Shown here: positions 42,751 to 51,406 of the stretch, one piece after another
Position numbering within the stretch: the first letter of the stretch is position 1
Layout: each line of letters opens with the position of its first letter
Source of the DNA: Perkinsela sp. CCAP 1560/9
Taxonomy: Eukaryota; Protista; Euglenozoa: Kinetoplastea
Assembly: GCA_965644495.1 (NCBI GenBank)
Contig: CBFFSA010000001.1
Location: 558,001 to 622,000 of the forward strand
Length of the DNA: 64,000 nucleotides
Direction of reading: 5' to 3'
Translations under genes and position numbers: made by a program
Notes under the pieces: generated by a model
The model's input: the letters and a program-made list of their open reading frames with translations, nothing else
Database searches by the model: none
What the model was told of the DNA's origin: nothing

Positions 42751-44409
42751 TCAATACACAGCTCGTAGATGGTGCCGTCCCATCGATCGAGGGGAACAAG
42801 CGGACCACGATCTGTTCTTTTTATCCAACGGAAAGAGCTTAAACTTGGATGACAAATTGTACGCATACTTGTTCCGCATCCCATAGTGTACGGGCTCACC
42901 TTGTCGCCGCCAGTACGTCCAACCCGAAGCATAATCATGAATTCCTGTGGGAGGGGGTCGCGGCCCCTGGACACCAGATCGAAATGTACGACCAGAGTCG
43001 GACAGAGAATTCTCACTGCGATAATGAGATAGATTTCTCAGCGGCCTGGGGACATGCGTGTTGCTCAAAGTGCCCATATCAGATTCAGGAGTATGTTCCG
43101 GTGCTTTAGCCACATGTCGAATCTGAAACTCATTGACAGGGAGTGAAGTTGAGTCTAGACGGTCGTTTCCACAATCAGATAAAAGATCCACGTTAAACAG
43201 TGCGTTATGTTTCCTTATAGTACTCACAGGTAGATGTGAATTCGTATGTTGTTTTGGTTCGCTTGCATTAATAAAGGATTGTACACCAAGTATGTTACGG
43301 GACGCTCTCTCGTTTCCAGCTTCAAGCCACGATCGAGATAATGCCACACGTGCAGCGTGACTAGGAGACTCATAATTCTCACAAAAATCTAAAAAGTAGC
43401 GCAACGTTTGTCTCCATGCCCCGGCGTGTTCCGTGCAGACTAAGACGGCGGTATGAATCTTTTCCCACTCAGAAGAGATAAATACAGTCCTCCAATGCGA
43501 TGAAAATAACTTAGTTGTTAATTGTAAGCACTCTTTCCAAAGGTTTTTAGACCCCAAATGTTGTAGGCAATATGAGACAGTTCCCGAGATCATTCTTCTC
43601 ATTCTTTCTCGTCGATCAGGAAAAGATTCATCAGGAAAAGCCATATACCCCTTCCGGCGAGATAGGATATTCATGGCAATATGCCACCTACCTTGTATCG
43701 ACAACGCGTGCGCAAGGTGAAGGTCCATCTCGCACACACCCACACATTCCTCCGAAATCTCGAATGGCGTTTTACTGGACTCTATGTCCTTTACGTATTC
43801 ATTCCTCCCACAAAGAGCATACTCCCATTGTCCCGCATGGGCGTATGCCAGTACCAACCCTTGCCGCACGGCTGCATCCGAACTCTGTAACCTTTCCTGT
43901 GCGAACACCCCCAGCGCGCGTTCCCACTCTCCGCTCACCGCAAGGTTGTGAAACAATCTCCTGAGCACGACGGGTAGCTTCTTCGTTTTGAACGGACTGT
44001 TCTCCTTACGACTGAGCTCCAATACACGGAGTGCTCCCAGTGGATCCTCGCTGTCCAGGTAACCCGCAAATAGCGTGCGGTAAAGGGACTGGCCTCGAGG
44101 GAGGTTACCCTCCTTGGAATATTCCAGTAACATGTCACCCATTCGCATGCGATTTGGGGTGGAAGGAGAGGTGCCTCGGAGTAAGGCAGCGATAACAAGC
44201 GCGTAGTGCCATGCTGTAACCCGTACGTCTTGGTTTCCCCTTTGCATATTGCGCAGAACATTAAGGGAGGTCTCCCAACTGCCAGTTTTTTCAGCCTCCA
44301 ATAACCTCACGCCCAAATTTTTAGTGCTCCGTGCTTTGAGTAGTTTTTGGTATTCCGGGGTGTGTCGTGGAGGATCGCGTGGTCGGAAAAATTGTGAATA
44401 GCTTGACAT
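42751..44409 (-). CDS. PPR-like helical repeat protein
   Basis: Repeated G-x-W-x2-A-[LM] helices (GEWERAL, GQWEYAL, GRWHIAM). First ATG at 44409. Confidence 0.65.
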   Translation of the reverse strand: MSSYSQFFRPRDPPRHTPEYQKLLKARSTKNLGVRLLEAEKTGSWETSLNVLRNMQRGNQDVRVTAWHYALVIAALLRGTSPSTPNRMRMGDMLLEYSKEGNLPRGQSLYRTLFAGYLDSEDPLGALRVLELSRKENSPFKTKKLPVVLRRLFHNLAVSGEWERALGVFAQERLQSSDAAVRQGLVLAYAHAGQWEYALCGRNEYVKDIESSKTPFEISEECVGVCEMDLHLAHALSIQGRWHIAMNILSRRKGYMAFPDESFPDRRERMRRMISGTVSYCLQHLGSKNLWKECLQLTTKLFSSHWRTVFISSEWEKIHTAVLVCTEHAGAWRQTLRYFLDFCENYESPSHAARVALSRSWLEAGNERASRNILGVQSFINASEPKQHTNSHLPVSTIRKHNALFNVDLLSDCGNDRLDSTSLPVNEFQIRHVAKAPEHTPESDMGTLSNTHVPRPLRNLSHYRSENSLSDSGRTFRSGVQGPRPPPTGIHDYASGWTYWRRQGEPVHYGMRNKYAYNLSSKFKLFPLDKKNRSWSACSPRSMGRHHLRAVY

Positions 44410-44690
44410 GCGATTCGCGAGAGGATAGAGTAAAGCTAATAACCTAAAATAGTGCAAGAAAACAGATCCCTAATTTCTCTTGTCAAGTCTTTATACAGCT
44501 TTGTACCTAGTGCATTCTGTTATTAGACTTCAAACGATTTTATGTGAATTTTATACATGCATGCAACAAAAGTACATGTATGCATTTCAAATAAGCGGCA
44601 TCATTATCAGAGTAGGTCTCTGCAATAAATGAGAATACATTCGGACGTTAAAAACTTCGGGCGCATCCTTTCAATAGGTTCTGCGAAACT

Positions 44691-46790
44691 TTACTCCAAA
44701 ACCTTCTTCTTTCTTCGATGTCTTACTTCAAGTGGATCAAAACCTTTTTCAGAGGCCCCATAGACGGCCCAAGTCGGAGTTGGGGCAGCGTAGTCCATAG
44801 AAGTGAACGGTTCGGACCCCAACGCAAGATTATAAAACTTGTCATAATCAATCCAAGTGTGCCATACGCCTTCTATCAAGTACTCCCGCTTGGCCAGCAA
44901 AACACAACAGGAATGTTCATGCTCACATGCAATAAGATAATTCTGCCCAATTTTCTCTTGCAGCAGCTTGCAGAATTCTATCACCTCCTCGTGATAAGGC
45001 ACGTTTGCCATGGATACTCCACCCGCTCCGGAGTCCCCACAATAAGTCACTCCCTTGACCTCGATAAAATCTGGACGTCCGACCGCCACCAGTGAGGCGT
45101 AGTCACCAAGCTCCTGGGTGTTGTACTGTTTGACTAGAGTCAATCGGTATACCGTGCGCTGCTTTTTGTCGGCTAAAATTTTAAGACTGCTAAGAAACCT
45201 CTCCCAAAAGTCCTCGAAAATAGGGCGGTCAATCTTCTTGAGTGAGGTTTTGTTACCGGCATCAACCGACACATACAGTTGCGTCACTGGGGTAAGGCGT
45301 TCAATACAGTCAGGAAATTGTGCATTCGTTACCATAAAAGTGCTAATTCCATTTTCATGCATCATTTGCACCAGCGTGTTAATCTCGGGGTAAATAATGG
45401 GCTCCCCGACGAGAGACAACGCGCAGTGCCGAATTTTCATCGCTTGTTGCATTCGCTCTGGCGTTACCCCTGGTGCCCCTTTAAGTATTTTAATCATACG
45501 GCGATGATTCTGTAGAGCACTGTCCAACAGGAAGCTCGGTTTGTCGTGTTTCCATTTCCATTCTCGGGCGGTCGGGTTGGTGTGATGACGCCAGCAAAAG
45601 ACACATTTGTTCGCACATGCCAGCGAGGGAGTCATCTCCATACACGAGAGGGAGGAGATTCCGTAGAACGTGTGCTTGTAACATCCCCCACGTCCGCGAA
45701 GCATTGATTTGGTCCATCGACAGAGTTTTACACCACTGTGCGTACCAAAGAGTGAGTACCCTTGCTTGGTTAATCCTGCTCGAATTCTTGGATTGATCAT
45801 TTCCGACGTTTCCTTCTCACCCACCATGTCCTCAATGTCCAACTCAGAGGATTTTCGTTCCTCGTATTCTTCATTGTCATCCGAGTCTTCGGTTTCTGCA
45901 TCAACAGGAGAATTTACGTCTAGTAGTGAGCTGTCAGATTTCCCAACCACAGGCTGTGAAATTCCAAGTGCATTCATAATCCCACGTAAAAACTGCAGTG
46001 CATCTTCATCGGTAGATGTTTCATCAGAAAGAAATGGAGCACTGAGTAGTGGTAGAGCACCCTTCTTCGGAAGCATAGAAAATGCTTTCTTGGCAAACGC
46101 GTTGTAATTGTTTCCGTAAACTCTTGATCCACACCCGAATACAGCGAAATACGTAGAATTCCATGCATTGGCCGGCAATCTAAAGTCACGCGTGGCATCT
46201 GTAAGCACTTCATAAAATAGTTTCCCCGTCGGAGGGGCTTCTCCATTTTCGTAAGTCGAGACAACAAATATGTTAAACGTAACACGGGATTTCGACCGCA
46301 GCGAGTGAACTTCATATGTGGAATCGTGTTCAGAACATCTGGGTGTTGCATTAGGATCCGTTCTCGCATTCGATGAGCTTTCCTGGCACGTACATGCTGA
46401 ATTAGTGCACCCGTTTTGTGACTTCGTATTTGGAGCGATTAGCACAGAGGAGCCGGTCATAGATTCCACATCAAAGTTTTCAATCGATAGGACTTTGCAC
46501 TCCGGCGGGGTATAGTCCTCAGATAGCTTAGACACAAAATAACTTCTAAAGTTCTCCTTCATTTTCTCAGCAAGTTGTACGGCAACGCGACGTGCAGTTC
46601 CGCCATGCGAGGCATACCAAATATATATTTCTGTGAACTCTGGCATATTCTTTGCAGGAGATTCTATTCCTTTTTTCCAGCACAGATGACGGTACACAAA
46701 AGAGGAAACTACGACTCCGACGGCTGCCACTATTCCTTTTATGGCTGTTCTCACAAGCGAGTCTTTTCCAGGCGCTATACTGTGCACCAT
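44691..46790 (-). CDS. TYW1: tRNA wybutosine synthesis protein TYW1 (flavodoxin + radical SAM)
   Basis: YASHGGTA flavodoxin motif, HSGVKLCRWTK, CANKCVFC, HCALSLVGEP. Confidence 0.96.
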   Translation of the reverse strand: MVHSIAPGKDSLVRTAIKGIVAAVGVVVSSFVYRHLCWKKGIESPAKNMPEFTEIYIWYASHGGTARRVAVQLAEKMKENFRSYFVSKLSEDYTPPECKVLSIENFDVESMTGSSVLIAPNTKSQNGCTNSACTCQESSSNARTDPNATPRCSEHDSTYEVHSLRSKSRVTFNIFVVSTYENGEAPPTGKLFYEVLTDATRDFRLPANAWNSTYFAVFGCGSRVYGNNYNAFAKKAFSMLPKKGALPLLSAPFLSDETSTDEDALQFLRGIMNALGISQPVVGKSDSSLLDVNSPVDAETEDSDDNEEYEERKSSELDIEDMVGEKETSEMINPRIRAGLTKQGYSLFGTHSGVKLCRWTKSMLRGRGGCYKHTFYGISSLSCMEMTPSLACANKCVFCWRHHTNPTAREWKWKHDKPSFLLDSALQNHRRMIKILKGAPGVTPERMQQAMKIRHCALSLVGEPIIYPEINTLVQMMHENGISTFMVTNAQFPDCIERLTPVTQLYVSVDAGNKTSLKKIDRPIFEDFWERFLSSLKILADKKQRTVYRLTLVKQYNTQELGDYASLVAVGRPDFIEVKGVTYCGDSGAGGVSMANVPYHEEVIEFCKLLQEKIGQNYLIACEHEHSCCVLLAKREYLIEGVWHTWIDYDKFYNLALGSEPFTSMDYAAPTPTWAVYGASEKGFDPLEVRHRRKKKVLE

Positions 46791-47049
46791 ATTTCTAGAG
46801 CAATACACCTATCAAAATGAAAACCAATAGGACAATAAAGAGCATCACTTACATAAAGAGTAGTTTCCAATGTAACAAACCATTAACAATTGCACAAAGA
46901 AAAAAATACTCGTCACAGTTCACATGAACTACATGTACTCGAAACTAGATGACATCTAATTTCTACATCTGATCTCGTACATCTGATGTACGTGCCACAT
47001 CCTTGTGTGAGAGAAAATCCCCTTTTCAACGCAAGTAAAACACGGCGCA

Positions 47050-49263
47050 TTACTGTATTACAGGCGACTCATCACTCTTTAAGGTGCGGCAAAACGCACA
47101 TTTGGTAATTTTACGCAGCTCGCCGCTCTCATCTTGGTGGCGCTCAAATTGGAAATTCATTTTCCGGCACGCCAGACATACCCAGTCCCCAATTTTCCCA
47201 GGAAAATCTTTTTTCGAAGGATCCCAGGGAATTACACGACTCTGTGACGAGCGTGCCGTGTTGCAATAAAAACACCAGTAGCATGCACTCATGTTCAGCT
47301 CCCCACACTGAGACGCCGAGCAGTACCACGACCCTGGTCGTGGCTTCAGTTGGAACACCACCTTCCCCGCACCCAGCAACGGTCTTCTCGGTTTTTCCCC
47401 TTCCCCCCTTCCCGTTTCCGCCCTCACGTGCTCACTACACACAAACCGCAACCCCTTCTCCTCCTTCAGCCTTGCAATCTCCCTCTCCAGCGCATACCCA
47501 AACGGATCCAGCGCCACACTCTCCTCGGAACACCGAAACTCCGCTTTACACACAAACACCCCCTCCGCCCCCGGCTCCGCCGCCTCCACCCTCTCCACAT
47601 ACGGTCGGTACCGTACCACATGGTGGCGCGCACACCTCACCCGCACCACTCCCGATTTCCCCCCACCCCCCCTCACCACCCCCACGCCCTCCCCCTCACG
47701 TCGTCCGCTCCCCCCCAACCGTTCGGATCTCACCCCATCCCCTCCTCCTTCTTCTTCCCCTTCCTCTTCACCCCCCTGTACCTCCGTACCCCCCTCTACC
47801 CCTCTCCCCCCCCTACACGGCTTCCACGGCCCACACACCCACAGCCCCTTCCCCCTCCCCTCCCCCCCCTCCCCCGTCGCGTCCCCCCTCCCCCCCCTCA
47901 GCCGCCCCCACACCATGTCACACAGCCGCCGCCGTTCCCGGTGCGTGCTGCAGTGGACCATGGCGTTGTAGGAGTACGGGGTGCGGGCCTGGAGCTTGTG
48001 CTGGGTGAGCCCGCGGCAGGGACGGGCCAGGGTACACGCGTAGAACGGGGAAGGGGGAGGGGGAGGGGAGGGAGCAGGGGTAGTGGTGGAGGCAGTAGTA
48101 GGGGGAGTGGATGGATTGCGAGTAGTAGTGGTGCATGGAGTAGTGGTGGTAGTAGAGGAAGAAGAGGAAGGGGGTGTAGTAGTGGATGGAGCAGTGGTGG
48201 ATGGATTACGAGTAGTAGTCGTGGGTGGCGTAGTGGTAGTAGTGGTGGATGGAGTAGTCGTGGTAGTGGATGGAGCAGTGGTAGTAGTAGTAGTGGACGG
48301 AGCAGTCGCAGTGGATGGAGTAGTCGTAGTAGTGGATGGATTACGAGTAGTGGTCGTGGATGGCGTAGTGGTAGTAGTCGTGGATGGATTGCGAGTAGTA
48401 GTAGTAGTAGTAGTGGATGGATTACGAGTAGTGGTCGTGGATGGCGTAGTGGTAGTAGTGGTGGATGGATTGCGAGTAGTAGTAGTAGTAGTAGTGGATG
48501 GATTACGAGTAGTGGTAGTAGTGGACGGAGTAGTAGTAGTAGTGGTGGATGGAGTAGTCGTAGTAGTGGATGGAGCAGTGGTAGTAGTAGTGGATGGAGT
48601 AGGGGTAGGAGTAGTACCACTCAAACAGACCAGGAAGGAAGGACCGTCGCTACGTCCCCAGTTGTGTACGGAGCATTTGTAGGGGAGAGGGGAGGGGGTT
48701 GGGGGAGAGGAGAGGGGCGTGGATAGGAACGAGGGGGGTAGGGTTGTGGGGGTTGAAGGTGGGGTGGGTGGAGGGGTGTGGGGTCCTGGATTCGCTGTTG
48801 TGTGAGGTGAGGGGGTACACATATCGGGATGGGCGTCTTGGGAGGTGAGGAGGGGTTGGGCTTTGGTTGGGGTTGTGGCGTATGCGTTGGGTTGGGTTCG
48901 AATACAAGGAGAGGAGGTCTTGCAACGGTAGTGGATCACGTTTACGGTGGAAGAGGAGCTTGAGCAGAGAGATCGGGAGGAGAGGGCGAGTTTCTCCTCC
49001 ACTTCCTGGGCGTTGAGTACGCCAGGGATGTCGTACCCGCGAGGACACCAAATAGTGTCGTGCTGGTCGCTGATGATGTCTTCTAACATGGGTTGCATGG
49101 CGTGGATCGGGCGGCTGCGACCGTGGATGCCGCAGGTGACGTACGCGTCGCTTGAGGGTCGGTTGCGGAGGATGGAGGTTGAGTGCGATGTGTAGCGACA
49201 CGGGCGAAGGAAAAGGAGATTTGCTGGAACCAAGGCAGTATGGAGCACTCGTGTAGGAGGCAT
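47050..49263 (-). CDS. Protein with four split C-x2-H...C-x5-C repeats, Thr/Pro- and Gly-rich insertions and two RanBP2-type zinc fingers
   Basis: CGIH/CKTSSPC, CSVH/CTLARPC, CSTH/CGPWKPC, CARH/CKAEFRC; GSWYC..CGELN..CFYC and GDWVC..CRKMNF..CAFC. Confidence 0.75.
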   Translation of the reverse strand: MPPTRVLHTALVPANLLFLRPCRYTSHSTSILRNRPSSDAYVTCGIHGRSRPIHAMQPMLEDIISDQHDTIWCPRGYDIPGVLNAQEVEEKLALSSRSLCSSSSSTVNVIHYRCKTSSPCIRTQPNAYATTPTKAQPLLTSQDAHPDMCTPSPHTTANPGPHTPPPTPPSTPTTLPPSFLSTPLSSPPTPSPLPYKCSVHNWGRSDGPSFLVCLSGTTPTPTPSTTTTTAPSTTTTTPSTTTTTTPSTTTTTRNPSTTTTTTTRNPSTTTTTTPSTTTTRNPSTTTTTTTRNPSTTTTTTPSTTTTRNPSTTTTTPSTATAPSTTTTTTAPSTTTTTPSTTTTTTPPTTTTRNPSTTAPSTTTPPSSSSSTTTTTPCTTTTRNPSTPPTTASTTTPAPSPPPPPSPFYACTLARPCRGLTQHKLQARTPYSYNAMVHCSTHRERRRLCDMVWGRLRGGRGDATGEGGEGRGKGLWVCGPWKPCRGGRGVEGGTEVQGGEEEGEEEGGGDGVRSERLGGSGRREGEGVGVVRGGGGKSGVVRVRCARHHVVRYRPYVERVEAAEPGAEGVFVCKAEFRCSEESVALDPFGYALEREIARLKEEKGLRFVCSEHVRAETGRGEGEKPRRPLLGAGKVVFQLKPRPGSWYCSASQCGELNMSACYWCFYCNTARSSQSRVIPWDPSKKDFPGKIGDWVCLACRKMNFQFERHQDESGELRKITKCAFCRTLKSDESPVIQ
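48080..48615. repeat. Coding minisatellite of GTA/GTG triplets with recurring GATGGATTACGA/GATGGAG units (PSTTTTT/RNPSTTT)
   Basis: Read directly; includes a near-perfect duplication of about 63 bp. Confidence 0.9.
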
Positions 49264-49705
49264 TATTGGTAGTAGCCGGAAGCATGGGCAAATTGAGGGT
49301 ACACACTTCATCGAATAGGAAAACAGTTAATGAAGGTCAAAATGAAGCCGTAGAAAACATAGTAATTTTATTCATGTTGATTTAATTTATCAAAACAACC
49401 GTCAAAATGAGAAGGTAAAACACAGTTTTCGGCAGTCTGCAAGATGTTCTTGCAAAAAAGGTTAGAGATGAGGTTTTGCCACAGCAAAAAGTGGAAAGAC
49501 AGATAAGAAAAGCCCATGAGACTTGTTCCGCCCAAACGCCCGCATAGCCCGCGTAGTGTCCTTCGACGAGGCAAAAACCTTCCTGTACTGTTTTTAATTT
49601 GCATGAGGTCACGTTTTGTGTCTACTTGTAGCTCATTCCAACTATTAAAATATTACACAGCCAAGATCATCAACGAGGATCTTACTCCTACCACCAAGCA
49701 CTCCT

Positions 49706-51190
49706 TTAAAGTTTAGACAACGATTTCCGTAATCGCGCACGCTCGCGGTCCAGCCTTTGCAACTCCTGCTGTATAGTTTTCTTCTTCGCGGCGCCGTTCT
49801 TTGGGTCGAGATCTACCGTCATCTCCCGCACAGCTCGCCATAGTCCTCCTCGCAAGTCAACCACTTTCCGTATCGACGTCGCAAGTTTAATAGGCATGGT
49901 AATAAAATGATCATACCAAGAAAGAATCAGCGCGTCGGTAATTCCATACATACCTTCATGCACGGCGAGCATGGCAAGTTGGGAGCAGAAGGCGGAGTCA
50001 CTACTGGTCGGGGGACAGGCACGTATAATGTACGAGGGGTCGATGTACTTTACGGTCGCGATGGTGTACTTCTCCGCGCGTGCCTTCATGTACGCGTTAA
50101 TCTTTCGCTGCAGCACCTCCCCAATGTCAATCAGCTTTACATTTCCACTAGCATCCTTTCCTCGCGACGGGGTGTCATGCTGCCAGTGTTGTCCGAACCC
50201 TTCAGCGACGACAACCACACAGTGCGGGGACTTGCGGAAGCGCTCCTCCAGGAGCTTAAAGAACGTTTCTTCGGAGATGGGAGACTCTGGAATCAGACAG
50301 ATATGCGCCGCAGCACTCGCCAGCACAGCCTGGGCAGCAATAAAACCGCTGTGACGTCCCATCACTTTTACCAGCCCGACACCGTAGAGGTGACTGCTGG
50401 CCTCACTGTACGCACAACGGATCACGTTCACCGCCTGCTCCACAGCCGTCTCAAACCCAAACGTGCGGTGGCAGAAACTAATATCGTTATCAATCGTTTT
50501 CGGAATCCCCACGACAGAGAGATCAAGTCCCCTACGCTTCGCCTCCGCGGCAATCCGCGAGGCCCCGCGCTGGGTGCCATCCCCTCCAACGGTAAACAAA
50601 ATATTCACCCCGTAGAACGCCAACGTGTCCACCATCTCCTGTGGACTCTGCGGTCCGCGGCTGGTACCAAGAAACGACCCGCCCTCACTTTGGATCCGCT
50701 GCACCGCGTCATGGGTGAGTTCCATTGCGGTGGATCGCCCCGCCCGGCTAAGTCCCCAGTACCCAAACCGGAAGCCATAAATCTTACGAATGTTGTAACC
50801 CTCGACGGCGCTGTTCACGATGCCTCGGATCACGTCATTTAGCCCAGGACACAGCCCCCCACAGGTGACGACCCCAATCACCGTCTTCTCCGGGTTGAAA
50901 TGGAGATCCGCTCGAGGCCCGGCCAGGCGCATTTGCCAACGGTGAGCCACAGAGACATTGGGCCCCACCAGCGGGTTGGCTAGAATTTTCGAATCCTCCG
51001 GGAGAAACAGCCCGTGTCGCATCCAGGACTTCTTGGCGAGTGCGAGGGGGTTGGGATAGCGAGGGGTGCGGACAGGGAGGCGGGAGACCTCAAAGTCGTT
51101 CTGGGAGAGATGTTCGAGACCCATCTCGTGGTCACCGAGGAGTCGGGTGGGTTGGGTGATGGTGGCAGGGGTGGGCGTGGGAGCGGACAT
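49706..51190 (-). CDS. PFK: Glycosomal ATP-dependent phosphofructokinase
   Basis: TCGGLCPG, GGDGT, PKTIDND, MGRHSGF, IDPSY; C-terminal SKL. Confidence 0.96.
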   Translation of the reverse strand: MSAPTPTPATITQPTRLLGDHEMGLEHLSQNDFEVSRLPVRTPRYPNPLALAKKSWMRHGLFLPEDSKILANPLVGPNVSVAHRWQMRLAGPRADLHFNPEKTVIGVVTCGGLCPGLNDVIRGIVNSAVEGYNIRKIYGFRFGYWGLSRAGRSTAMELTHDAVQRIQSEGGSFLGTSRGPQSPQEMVDTLAFYGVNILFTVGGDGTQRGASRIAAEAKRRGLDLSVVGIPKTIDNDISFCHRTFGFETAVEQAVNVIRCAYSEASSHLYGVGLVKVMGRHSGFIAAQAVLASAAAHICLIPESPISEETFFKLLEERFRKSPHCVVVVAEGFGQHWQHDTPSRGKDASGNVKLIDIGEVLQRKINAYMKARAEKYTIATVKYIDPSYIIRACPPTSSDSAFCSQLAMLAVHEGMYGITDALILSWYDHFITMPIKLATSIRKVVDLRGGLWRAVREMTVDLDPKNGAAKKKTIQQELQRLDRERARLRKSLSKL

Positions 51191-51406
51191 GGAGGAATGT
51201 GTTGGGGAGGGGAGAAAAGGGAAGGGACGTAGGAAGGAAAGGACCTAGTGTTGTGTTTTGTTGTACGTGTTTTTTTAGAAGAACGCAGAAAGCAAAATGT
51301 TGGTTTACTCTATGATGGTTTCCTAAAGTAATGGAATTATAAAAACATATGAAGCGGCTATGATTTTCGTTTAATGGTGTCATGAAAAAAACTGACAACT
51401 TTTTCT

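Noticed and set aside
48080-48615. CRISPR array or mucin gene
   Set aside because: A triplet-based degenerate repeat with no unique spacers; it sits inside a zinc-finger protein lacking a signal peptide or GPI signal.
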